A stretch of DNA of 64,000 bases, taken from positions 136,536-200,535 of the forward strand of contig JAFQRE010000042.1 of the NCBI GenBank assembly GCA_017410245.1, read 5' to 3'. A program made the position numbers and the translations under genes. Source of the DNA: Bacteroidaceae bacterium (GTDB taxonomy: Bacteria; Bacteroidota; Bacteroidia; Bacteroidales; Barnesiellaceae_A). Positions 54,186 to 63,662 of this stretch are shown here, piece by piece. The notes beneath the pieces were generated by a model. The model searched no databases and was not told the origin of the DNA. It worked only from the letters and a program-made list of their open reading frames with translations. The first letter of the stretch is position 1. Every line of letters starts with the position of its first letter.

Positions 54186-57100
54186 TTACTTGCGGTTTTC
54201 CTCAACCCAGCGACGTGCATTTACAAATGCCTCAATCCAAGGTGTTACCTCGTCACTGAGACGACGTTCGGCGGGATAGTATGCACATTGCCAGGGGAAG
54301 ATGGCGCGCTCGAGGTGAGGCATCATGGCTAAGTGACGACCATCGGCACTGCAAATACCGGCAATTCCCTCGGGCGATCCGTTGGGGTTGGCGGGATAGG
54401 CATTGTAGTTGTAGCGTGCTATGACATTGTAGCGGTCGGTCGAGTAGGGGAACTCAAATTTGCCTTCACCGTGAGCAATCCATATACCGAGCTTGCTACC
54501 GGCAAGTGAGCGGAACATAACCGAGTTGTTCTCGGGAATAGCCAAGCTGATGAAGTTGCTCTCGAACTTGTGTGACTCGTTGTGACGCATGCGAGGTTTC
54601 TCGGCATGGTCGGGGGTGAGCAATCCGAGTTCTACCATCAATTGGCAGCCGTTGCATATACCCAGTGATAGAGTGTCGGGACGTGCATAGAAGCGCTCCA
54701 GTGTTTCGCGGGCTTGCTTGTTGTACAAGAAACCACCGGCCCAACCTTTGGCCGAGCCAAGTACGTCGCTATTAGAGAATCCACCGCAATATACTATCAT
54801 ATTCACGTCATCGAGTGTCTCACGACCGCTTATGAGGTCGGTCATGTGTACGTCTTTTACATCAAATCCGGCCAAGTATAGCGAATAGGCCATTTCACGG
54901 TCGCCGTTTACACCCTTCTCACGAATGATGGCTGCACGTACACCGGTGCGCTCGCGACGGTCGGCGCTGATACCATATTGCTCCATGCGACCGGTAAAGT
55001 CGGCGGGCAATTGTATCTCGATGGGTTGTTCTTTGTAGTTGTTGAAGCGGTTGCGGGCACACTCGTTGCCACTCTGTTTGCGGTCGAGCAGATATGACGA
55101 GGCATACCATACATCGCGCAAGTGGTCGATGATGAATTGATATTGTGCACCATTCTTTTCTATCATGATGTGGCGCTCTTCGCAAGGTTTACCTATGCGC
55201 AAGAAACCTATGCCGGCTGCTTTGAGTACCTTCTCAAACTCCTCGGGCTGGGCAGTTTGCATAACAACACCGGGATTTTCGGCAAAGAGTATCTTCACAA
55301 GGTCTTTCTCGGGAAGTGCTTCAAAGTCTATCTCCATACCGCCATCGACGTTGGCAAAGCACATTTCGAGTAATGTGGTAATGATACCACCGGCCGATAT
55401 GTCGTGACCTGCCAATACAAGGTCGCGCTTGATGAGTTCTTGCACTGCTCCGAAGGCGTTGGCAAAGTACTCGGTATCTTGTACGGTGGGGCATTCGGCT
55501 CCTACTGTACCCAATGACTGAGCGAAGGCCGAGCCACCAAGTTTGAGGGTGTCGAATGAGAAGTCGATGTAGTAGATGGCGCTGTCGGCAACATTTTGCA
55601 TAACGGGCGATACCACACGACGCACATCGCTTACCTCGGCACCGGCCGAGATGATAACTGTGCCGGGTGAGAACACTTTCTCTTTGCCATACTTTTGGGT
55701 CATAGAGAGTGAGTCCTTGCCGGTGGGTATGTTGATGCCCAATGAGCAGGCAAAGTCGCTACAAGCCTCAACAGCCTTGTACAAGCGAGCGTCTTCGCCT
55801 TCGTTCTTGCAAGGCCACATCCAGTTGGCACTGAGCGAAACGCTGTCGAGACCCTCGGCCAATGGTGCCCAAACAATATTGGTAAGTGCCTCGGCTATGG
55901 CCAGTACCGAACCGGCTGCGGGGTCGATAAGGGCTGCTTGAGGTGCATGACCTATAGATGTGGCTATACCGGCACGACCACGATAGTCGAGTGCTACCAC
56001 GCCACAGTCGCTCAAGGGGAGTTGTATCTCGCCTTGACATTGTTGGCGGGCTATCTTACCTGTTACCGAGCGGTCCACCTTATTGGTGAGCCAGTCTTTA
56101 CAAGCTACGGCTTCGAGTTGCAATACTTGCTCTACATATTCGTCTAAGTTCTTTACATCATAGTTGGCATCGATATAGCTCTCTTCTACGCTATTGTCGC
56201 GCATATATGTGCGGGGAGCTTTGCCAAACATATCTTCCATGTCGAGGTCAATGGGACGCACGCCATCGGCTTGCTCAAAGACGAAGCGGTTGTCATCGGT
56301 AGTTTCACCTACTACATACATGGGAGCACGCTCACGGTCGGCAATGCGACGTACACGCTCTATATCTTTTTGGCCTATAATCATACCCATGCGCTCTTGG
56401 CTTTCGTTACCAACAATCTCTTTGGCCGAGAGTGTGGGGTCGCCAACGGGCAGGGCACTCATATCTATTTTACCTCCGGTAGCCTCAACAAGCTCCGAGA
56501 GTGAGTTGAGGTGACCACCTGCACCATGGTCGTGGATAGAAACGATGGGGTTCTCGTCGCTCTCGGCAAGAGCGCGTATCACGTTAGATACACGTTTTTG
56601 CATCTCGGGGTTGGCACGTTGTACGGCGTTCAACTCAATGGCATTGGCATATTGTCCGGTCTCAACCGACGATACTGCGCCACCACCCATACCTATGCGG
56701 TAGTTGTCGCCACCCATTACTACAACCTTTTCGCCCGGAGTGGGTGTGCCCTTGATAGCATCGCGCATGGTACCGAAACCTACACCACCGGCAAGCATGA
56801 TTACCTTGTCGTAGGCATATTTCTTGTCGTTCTCGGCATGCTCGAATGTGAGCAACGAACCACAAATAAGGGGTTGGCCAAACTTGTTGCCAAAGTCCGA
56901 CGCTCCATTAGAAGCCTTGATAAGGATCTCCTCGGGAGTTTGATATAGCCATTTACGAGCCGCCATGGCACGCTCTTCCCAAGTGCGGCCTGCCTCGGAG
57001 CGAGGATATGATGTCATATATACTGCAGTTCCGGCAATAGGTAGAGAGGCTTTACCTCCGCCCAAGCGGTCGCGTATCTCGCCACCTGTACCTGTTGCTG

Positions 57101-57881
57101 CACCGTTGAAAGGCTCTACCGTAGTGGGGAAGTTGTGAGTCTCGGCCTTGAGCGAAATGACGGTTTTGATATCGCGTACCTCAAAGTAATCGGCTGTCTC
57201 GGGGTTGGCAGGCGCAAATTGCTCTACTACAGGACCCTCAACGAAGGCTACGTTGTCTTTGTAGGCCGAAACAAGTTTATTGGGATTGTATTCCGATGTC
57301 TTTTTGATAAGTTTGAAGAGTGAACTCTCTTTCTCTTCTCCATCTATGATAAACACGCCATTGAAGATTTTGTGGCGGCAGTGCTCCGAGTTTACTTGAG
57401 AGAAACCAAATACCTCACTATCGGTAAGCGGACGCCCCAATCGAGTGCTCAAGTCGCGCAGATAGGTTATCTCGTCGGTACTCAATGCCAAACCTTCGCT
57501 CTCGTTGTATGCCTCGATGTCTTCGATGTGTACTATGGCATCGGGCTCTTTGTTTATCTGGAATATCGTGTCGTCGATACCGTTGTAGAGGCGTTGCAAC
57601 ATCTTGTCGAAAGAGGCATTTTCGCTTGCTACGGGATAAAATTCTTCGATACGACTGATGCCTTCGATACCCATGTTCTGAGTTATCTCTACGGCATTGG
57701 TACTCCACGGAGTTATCATCTCTTTACGCGGGCCTATAAACCAACCTTCGAGGGTGGTAACGGGCAGTTGCGTAGCGTTGTCAAAGAGCCATACCAACTT
57801 GGCGCTTTCATCGGCCGTAAATACATGGTCGCTCTCAACGACTATAACATTCTGCTGGGTAGTTTTGAAAAAAAGAACCAT
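54186..57881 (-). CDS. purL: phosphoribosylformylglycinamidine synthase, single-chain large form
   Basis: 1231 aa. The synthetase body includes HNFPT and GGEIRD. The C-terminal class I amidotransferase domain has GICNGCQ and IAHGEGKF. Confidence 0.97.
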   Translation of the reverse strand: MVLFFKTTQQNVIVVESDHVFTADESAKLVWLFDNATQLPVTTLEGWFIGPRKEMITPWSTNAVEITQNMGIEGISRIEEFYPVASENASFDKMLQRLYNGIDDTIFQINKEPDAIVHIEDIEAYNESEGLALSTDEITYLRDLSTRLGRPLTDSEVFGFSQVNSEHCRHKIFNGVFIIDGEEKESSLFKLIKKTSEYNPNKLVSAYKDNVAFVEGPVVEQFAPANPETADYFEVRDIKTVISLKAETHNFPTTVEPFNGAATGTGGEIRDRLGGGKASLPIAGTAVYMTSYPRSEAGRTWEERAMAARKWLYQTPEEILIKASNGASDFGNKFGQPLICGSLLTFEHAENDKKYAYDKVIMLAGGVGFGTMRDAIKGTPTPGEKVVVMGGDNYRIGMGGGAVSSVETGQYANAIELNAVQRANPEMQKRVSNVIRALAESDENPIVSIHDHGAGGHLNSLSELVEATGGKIDMSALPVGDPTLSAKEIVGNESQERMGMIIGQKDIERVRRIADRERAPMYVVGETTDDNRFVFEQADGVRPIDLDMEDMFGKAPRTYMRDNSVEESYIDANYDVKNLDEYVEQVLQLEAVACKDWLTNKVDRSVTGKIARQQCQGEIQLPLSDCGVVALDYRGRAGIATSIGHAPQAALIDPAAGSVLAIAEALTNIVWAPLAEGLDSVSLSANWMWPCKNEGEDARLYKAVEACSDFACSLGINIPTGKDSLSMTQKYGKEKVFSPGTVIISAGAEVSDVRRVVSPVMQNVADSAIYYIDFSFDTLKLGGSAFAQSLGTVGAECPTVQDTEYFANAFGAVQELIKRDLVLAGHDISAGGIITTLLEMCFANVDGGMEIDFEALPEKDLVKILFAENPGVVMQTAQPEEFEKVLKAAGIGFLRIGKPCEERHIMIEKNGAQYQFIIDHLRDVWYASSYLLDRKQSGNECARNRFNNYKEQPIEIQLPADFTGRMEQYGISADRRERTGVRAAIIREKGVNGDREMAYSLYLAGFDVKDVHMTDLISGRETLDDVNMIVYCGGFSNSDVLGSAKGWAGGFLYNKQARETLERFYARPDTLSLGICNGCQLMVELGLLTPDHAEKPRMRHNESHKFESNFISLAIPENNSVMFRSLAGSKLGIWIAHGEGKFEFPYSTDRYNVIARYNYNAYPANPNGSPEGIAGICSADGRHLAMMPHLERAIFPWQCAYYPAERRLSDEVTPWIEAFVNARRWVEENRK

Positions 57882-58029
57882 TATGTGTTGTGTTTAAGAA
57901 TTGTCAATTTTCACAGGCATTTCTAAATAGCCTGCTTTATCAGTGCAAAAATAATGAAAAATAGCTTTAATACAAACTATTTCGGCTTAACATTTTCGGC
58001 TTTTATGCAAAGATTGTACAATGAGCCGT

Positions 58030-59400
58030 TTATATGGCTTCTCGCGACGATTGTTCCTCTCTTTTGTCTCTTCTCAGGTATATCCACAATGCGGCTATTG
58101 CAACAAAAAATGCTATGGCATCGGACAAGGGTAGGCTGCCCCATACACCGTCTATACCCATGATGCTCGGTAGTATGAGTAGCGAGGGTATGAGGAAGAT
58201 GAGCTGGCGCGAAAGCGATAGGAATATAGATACCTTGGCCTTGCCTATCGACTGGAAGAAGTTGGATATAACTATCTGTGCACCAATGAGACAGAAGGCC
58301 ATGCATGAAATTTTTAGTCCATTGGCCGACATCTCAATAAGGGTATTGTCGGTAGTGAATAGGCGCACAACAGGGTAGGGTATGAGTTGTGCCATGACAA
58401 AGCCCAACGATGTGACGATGGTGCCGGCTACAATGCCATAGATAAGTGTGCGATGCACACGCGCTGTTTGTCGAGCACCGTAGTTATAGCCGATGATGGG
58501 TTGCATACCTTGTGTTATACCCATGGCGGTCATGGCAAATAGCATGAGTATGCGGTTGGTAATACCATATGCACCTACAGCCAGGTCGCCTCCATACTCG
58601 ATAAATGAGCGGTTGATGATGATAACGACCAAGCAACTGCAGGCGTTCATCAAGAACGGCGAAAGTCCTATCGAGAAAATACGTCCTACTATAGAGGCTT
58701 TCAGGCGGTTATATCGTGAGTCGAAGTGAACAAAACTATTCTTGTTGATGAAGTGTATGAGTACCCACACCAAGCCTATCATTTGCGATGCAAGTGTGGC
58801 TAATGCGGCTCCGCGTATGCCCCAATCAAATACAAATATAAATATAGGGGCTATGATGACATTGGCTATCACCGATATGATAGACGAGAACATAGCCTTG
58901 GTAGGATAGCCGGTAGAGCGCATCACATTGTTGAGGCCTATAAACAAGTAGGCTACCGGTGTGCCAATGAGTATCACTTGCATAAACTCGCGGGCGTATG
59001 GCAGTGTGTCGTTGCTTGCACCAAAGAACATGAGAATGGGATCGAGAAATATCAGCGATATACCACCAAAGCATATAGAACTGATGAGGCATAGCCACAC
59101 AACGTTATGCAGTGTTTCGGTGGCTCGTTGTGTGTCGCGTTGGCCCAAAAATATAGAACTGATGGTAGCTCCACCTATACCCACAAGGTTGCAGAATGCG
59201 ATAACAAGATTCATCAACGGAAATGTTACCGCCAAGCCGGCTATAGCCCATGCACCCACACCTTGACCTATAAATATACTGTCGATGATGTGGTATAACG
59301 AACTCACTGTCATTGCTATAATGGCAGGAATGGAGTATTGTATGAGCAACTTGCCTATAGGAGCAGTGCCTAAAATCTGGGGTGATTGTTTATCGGTCAT
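58030..59400 (-). CDS. MATE-family efflux transporter
   Basis: 456 aa with 12 predicted TM helices and a typical MATE N-terminus (PIGKLLIQYSIPAIIAM). Confidence 0.9.
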   Translation of the reverse strand: MTDKQSPQILGTAPIGKLLIQYSIPAIIAMTVSSLYHIIDSIFIGQGVGAWAIAGLAVTFPLMNLVIAFCNLVGIGGATISSIFLGQRDTQRATETLHNVVWLCLISSICFGGISLIFLDPILMFFGASNDTLPYAREFMQVILIGTPVAYLFIGLNNVMRSTGYPTKAMFSSIISVIANVIIAPIFIFVFDWGIRGAALATLASQMIGLVWVLIHFINKNSFVHFDSRYNRLKASIVGRIFSIGLSPFLMNACSCLVVIIINRSFIEYGGDLAVGAYGITNRILMLFAMTAMGITQGMQPIIGYNYGARQTARVHRTLIYGIVAGTIVTSLGFVMAQLIPYPVVRLFTTDNTLIEMSANGLKISCMAFCLIGAQIVISNFFQSIGKAKVSIFLSLSRQLIFLIPSLLILPSIMGIDGVWGSLPLSDAIAFFVAIAALWIYLRRDKREEQSSREAI

Positions 59401-59467
59401 ATTTATCTAACAAATAACAATGCAAAATTAGTTATTCTAACGCAATAACAATGCTATTTGTCAATAA

Positions 59468-60202
59468 TTATTCCATGAGAGGCTCGTTGGGCAGGGCCGA
59501 TGCTATGCTATTATATGACTCCTTCATGAGCGACTCAAGGTTATACTTGCCTTCGGCCGGTGGCATGATAGGCTTGTGAATGGTGAGTGTCACCTTGCCC
59601 GGGTGTACATTGAAGCCACCGCGTGGAAGCAATCGGAACGCCCCGTCGATAGTAAGGGGTACTACCGGTAGCGAAAACTCCTCGGCCAATGTAAACGCTC
59701 CTCGCTTGAATGGGTTCATGTGGCCATCTTTACATCGTGTTCCCTCGGGAAATACCACCAAGGACATACCTCCCTGCAAAGTCTTTTCGGCATGTTGCAT
59801 GGTCTTGCGGATAGATGCCTTAGATGAGCGATCGACCATGATATGGCCTGCATACTCACATGCAGTACCCACAAAAGGTATCTTCTTGAGCGATTTTTTC
59901 ATCATCCACTTGAAGTTGTGTCCTAAATAGCCGTAAATGAGGAAAATATCGAATGCGCCTTGATGATTGGCTACAAAGACATAGGAAGTCTTGGAGTCAA
60001 TATTTTCGTGTCCTCGTATTTCGGTGCGAATAAGCAAGATGGCACAGAAACATCTTGCCCATATCATGGGTGGATAGTATCCCCAAAAGTCACGATTGCC
60101 TATGGCACAACCTATAATCGTAATAAGGGCTATCAAGATAGTGAGTACGATGAGAATGGGCAGCGCTATGAGCCATTGATATAAAATGTATAGAAATCGC
60201 AT
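59468..60202 (-). CDS. plsC: 1-acyl-sn-glycerol-3-phosphate acyltransferase
   Basis: 244 aa with an N-terminal TM segment, NHQGAFD (HX4D) and VFPEGTR motifs. Confidence 0.85.
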   Translation of the reverse strand: MRFLYILYQWLIALPILIVLTILIALITIIGCAIGNRDFWGYYPPMIWARCFCAILLIRTEIRGHENIDSKTSYVFVANHQGAFDIFLIYGYLGHNFKWMMKKSLKKIPFVGTACEYAGHIMVDRSSKASIRKTMQHAEKTLQGGMSLVVFPEGTRCKDGHMNPFKRGAFTLAEEFSLPVVPLTIDGAFRLLPRGGFNVHPGKVTLTIHKPIMPPAEGKYNLESLMKESYNSIASALPNEPLME

Positions 60203-60228
60203 AGTTTTGATAATTGTAATCTAACAAA

Positions 60229-60840
60229 TCAGAAAGTGATACCTATTCGTATCGATACACCATGAATAGCGCACTCGTTATAGTTGGCAAAAGGTACCAC
60301 CTGAGTATAATTATACCCAACGATTGCATGTGTCTTGAGACGACGTGTTTGCCATAGGTTGAAACCAATACCGGCCGAGGCATACCACCCGGTATTGTGA
60401 GTATCGCTGCTCAATTCATTGATAGACATACCCACTTTCAGGTCTCCAAAGCAGAGCGAACGTCCCTCCTTGAAGTTGCAACGGAATAGGGCATAGATAG
60501 GAATAAATGTGCGTCCATGTGCAAAAGAGGGGTGCAAACCTATACCCATACCCAGTACCTGGATAACACCCTTGCGATAGCCGGCATAAATGTCTATATT
60601 GTATTGACTGCTCTCGGTCGAGCTAAAGTCCATCATGGCTCCGGCCTCTACACCAAAAGCAAAGGGCCTTGTAGGGCCTTCAGCAATAGGTTTTACAGCG
60701 CTATTGTCGGTAGCTACATCGGTGCGTGGCAGTCCGCTTGTCTTGTTTTCGCGTAGTTCTATACCTTGTGCCATCGCGGAGACTGCTCCCAGCACATATA
60801 TTGCCAAAACTAAAAGACCGTTTTTTAAAATCCTGTTCAT
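60229..60840 (-). CDS. small outer-membrane beta-barrel protein
   Basis: 203 aa. Signal peptide ...GAVSAMAQ, alternating beta-strand pattern and a C-terminal Phe (IRIGITF). Confidence 0.6.
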   Translation of the reverse strand: MNRILKNGLLVLAIYVLGAVSAMAQGIELRENKTSGLPRTDVATDNSAVKPIAEGPTRPFAFGVEAGAMMDFSSTESSQYNIDIYAGYRKGVIQVLGMGIGLHPSFAHGRTFIPIYALFRCNFKEGRSLCFGDLKVGMSINELSSDTHNTGWYASAGIGFNLWQTRRLKTHAIVGYNYTQVVPFANYNECAIHGVSIRIGITF

Positions 60841-61045
60841 AATGTCTCAATATAATTTAACAGCGAATTTAGTTATTTCTTGCTTATAAACAAAGGTTAT
60901 AAAGGTTAAGAAATTAAAATCGCATAATAAACACCAATAAAAAGATAGAAAAATTTTTTTTGAGCATCTATGTTTTTGCTTAGTACATGCAAGTACTTGT
61001 GCAAAATGGTAAAAAAGATTGTGCAACCCCCAAAAGACGATTGAG

Positions 61046-62827
61046 ATGAAAAAAGAAGCAACACTATCGGTAGGAGCCAAAGTAAATGGTTATAGAGTTA
61101 TTGGTTTTTTGAAGTCCGATGCACATGGCGTAGAAAGCTATCGTGTGAGAGATAAAAATAATAACCGAGCAATTCTGCGTTTGTATGCAGACGATGTGGC
61201 GAGTGTAACACTTGAGTATATTCATCGCGATTTGTTTGCCGATGAGTTGGGCCCCTTTGCGCAAGTATTAGCCTCGGGTGTAAAGACGGTAAATAAGCGT
61301 AAATATCGCTATGTCGTACGTTCGATAGTTCTGGGACGACCTATTGCACGATGTTTGGAAGCAAAAAAGAAGTATAATTGGCTCGAAGTACGCGACATTA
61401 CTTATCGCATACTCATGGCATTGAAATACCTGCATGGGCAGAAACGTTCCATCATTCACAACAACATCAAGAGCAGCAGTGTCTTGATAGAGAGTTACGA
61501 TGATGACTTCAAGTCGGTGTATCTCTTGGGTACATCGCAATTCTCATATAGTGGTACACAAAATGCTTTGTCCGACACTTCTATTAGAAATCTGCTTTGT
61601 CGCGCTCCCGAAGCTTATGACGGTATATGCAACGAGCGTACCGATATTTTTATGGTAGGCTCGTTGATGATAGATATGTTGTTGGGTATGGAGAAACCTT
61701 TACCCGACAATCTTGGTGAAGGCGAAAAGTATAAAAAGTTCTTTGTCAATTACTTCAGAACTCTCTATAACAGCACAATGGTGGCCTTTTTGCCTCTCAC
61801 CGATGCACAGAAGAGTTTTGTGCTGAAGATGGTGGCCTTCAAGCCCGAAGATCGTTTCCAAACGGTTGATGAGGTGTTGGAAAGTTTAATTCAATGCGGA
61901 AATGAAGTCGCTCCCAATGTTATTGAGGAAGACGATATAACATTGCCCGATATTAGCGATGTTACCGACTCAATAGCCTTGCAGTGTAGCCCAAAACGTG
62001 GAGGCTTGAACGATGTGGCCGGTATGGAAGAACTGAAGCAAGTGTTGCAGAACAATGTGCTCTATGTGTTGCAAAACCCCGACATTGCTGATAAATATGG
62101 CCTTACCATTCCCAATGGTATGTTGCTGTATGGGCCTCCCGGGTGTGGAAAAACCTTTATAGCCGAAAAGTTTGCCGAGGAGGCCGACCTTAATTTTGTC
62201 AAGGTGAAGTCGTCCGACATTGGCAGTGCATATCTGCATGAGACGCAACACAAGATAGCCGAACTCTTTGAGGAAGCCGAGGAGAATGCTCCTACAATAC
62301 TTTTCTTCGATGAGTTTGATGGAATAGCTCCCCGCCGTTCGGGGTTGAATTGCGAGCATATTTCGAGCGAGGTCAATGAACTCTTGTGTCAGCTCAACAA
62401 TTGTTCCGATAGAGGAATATTTGTTATAGTTGCAACCAACTATCCCGAGCGTATCGACCCTGCTATATTGCGCACCGGTCGCATTGATAAAATGGTATAT
62501 GTGCCCTTGCCCGATGCCGAGGCTCGTAAGGAAATTTTCCGATTGAGTCTTTATGGTCGCTATTGTGACGATGATATAGACTATGCCCTTCTTGCTGCCA
62601 AAAGTGAGGGATATGTGGCAAGTGACATCAAATATATTGTGACGGAAAGTGCTTTGGACGCTGCTCGATTGGGTGTGCCTATTTCGCAACAACATATACT
62701 GGAAAAGTTGGAAGTAATTTTTCCTTCGGTTTCAAGTGATGTAGTTGAGCAATATGAGCGACTACGTAAGGAGATGCAACCGCAAAGAGCTTGTACAGCT
62801 AAGTCGCATATAGGATATGTGGCTTAG
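61046..62827 (+). CDS. degenerate kinase-like (pseudokinase) domain fused to classical AAA ATPase (copy 2)
   Basis: Start at the ATG at 61046 (MKKEATLSVGAKVNGY); the track start is TTG. It has the same architecture as 11723-13507. The kinase-fold landmarks are degenerate: AILRLY, IIHNNIKSSSVLI, LLGTSQFS, CRAPEAY. The AAA module is intact: GPPGCGKT, ILFFDEFD, ATNYPE, PAILRTGRID. Confidence 0.85.
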   Translation: MKKEATLSVGAKVNGYRVIGFLKSDAHGVESYRVRDKNNNRAILRLYADDVASVTLEYIHRDLFADELGPFAQVLASGVKTVNKRKYRYVVRSIVLGRPIARCLEAKKKYNWLEVRDITYRILMALKYLHGQKRSIIHNNIKSSSVLIESYDDDFKSVYLLGTSQFSYSGTQNALSDTSIRNLLCRAPEAYDGICNERTDIFMVGSLMIDMLLGMEKPLPDNLGEGEKYKKFFVNYFRTLYNSTMVAFLPLTDAQKSFVLKMVAFKPEDRFQTVDEVLESLIQCGNEVAPNVIEEDDITLPDISDVTDSIALQCSPKRGGLNDVAGMEELKQVLQNNVLYVLQNPDIADKYGLTIPNGMLLYGPPGCGKTFIAEKFAEEADLNFVKVKSSDIGSAYLHETQHKIAELFEEAEENAPTILFFDEFDGIAPRRSGLNCEHISSEVNELLCQLNNCSDRGIFVIVATNYPERIDPAILRTGRIDKMVYVPLPDAEARKEIFRLSLYGRYCDDDIDYALLAAKSEGYVASDIKYIVTESALDAARLGVPISQQHILEKLEVIFPSVSSDVVEQYERLRKEMQPQRACTAKSHIGYVA

Positions 62828-62844
62828 TATTTCTATAACTATTA

Positions 62845-63507
62845 ATGAGTTTTGTAATGATATATAACCCTGTTGTGAAGGATTGGGAAAAGCGATTGAA
62901 TGATGCTATTATGAATGTAACATTAAAACATAGAGGCAATAGTAATGAGGAGATGCTATACAAGGCATTACCCTTGCTGATACACGATAAAAAAGTGTAC
63001 CGCGTAAAAGAGTTGGGCGAGAACATCGCTGTAGTACAGCAACTTATATGGGGGTGGTGGAAGCATCGCTATTTGGTAGATAACTATCATTGTCGTGCCT
63101 ATGAGATTATGGACGAGAGCATGGATTTTGTGCACTTTACTCACGATGATATTGATTGGGCAAGTATTGAACAACTGCCCGATTGTGCCAAGTTGCGAGC
63201 GAGGGAGTTGTCGGCTCAATTTCCTACCTTTGTGAGGCCGTTCAAAAATGGAGTGGCAGAAGTTGGGTGGCAACTCAATCCCGATGGCCGTTACTATATG
63301 GACGAAGACAGTTATGGTATGACTTCTGACGTAGAGATTACTGTTTATGGTTTCATAGATGCACGAATGAATGTGTTAGTGAAGTTTCGGTATATTGGCA
63401 AAGACTATGGTCGCTTGCAAGATATGCGACATGAAGCCGAGAGCATATTGAGAAGCAGAACAATCAAATGTTGTGACGAAGGCGGTAAACATGACAAAGA
63501 ATATTAA
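62845..63507 (+). CDS. hypothetical protein (220 aa) downstream of kinase-like-AAA copy 2
   Basis: Track ORF, 17 nt after the preceding stop. Trp-rich (LIWGWWKHRY). No family recognised. Confidence 0.5.
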   Translation: MSFVMIYNPVVKDWEKRLNDAIMNVTLKHRGNSNEEMLYKALPLLIHDKKVYRVKELGENIAVVQQLIWGWWKHRYLVDNYHCRAYEIMDESMDFVHFTHDDIDWASIEQLPDCAKLRARELSAQFPTFVRPFKNGVAEVGWQLNPDGRYYMDEDSYGMTSDVEITVYGFIDARMNVLVKFRYIGKDYGRLQDMRHEAESILRSRTIKCCDEGGKHDKEY

Positions 63508-63586
63508 AATAACCCACCCGGCGAGGTGAATTAAGCATTGAGTTAAAGCCTGTCGAGAGTGGAATGAGAAGAAGTAATACCCATAA

Positions 63587-63654
63587 TGCGTAAAAATAAC
63601 GCAATTTATTTGGTGGTTTAAAAAACTCTATTTATTTTTGCGTAAAAATAACGC
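63587..63654 (+). repeat. exact 16-nt direct repeat TGCGTAAAAATAACGC (x2) upstream of the NUDIX gene
   Basis: Copies lie at 63587-63602 and 63639-63654, starts 52 nt apart. Each copy has inverted ends (GCGT...ACGC). The second copy ends 8 nt before the ATG. Confidence 0.8.
63633..63640 (+). promoter_or_regulatory. -7 promoter box TATTTTTG for the NUDIX gene
   Basis: Matches TAnnTTTG. It abuts and overlaps repeat copy 2 by 2 nt. Confidence 0.4.
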
Positions 63655-63662
63655 GTTAAAGT

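Noticed and set aside
61970-62695. 241-aa minus-strand ORF opposite the AAA module of kinase-like-AAA copy 2
   Set aside because: The plus-strand frame carries intact Walker A/B and SRH motifs. The antisense frame has none.
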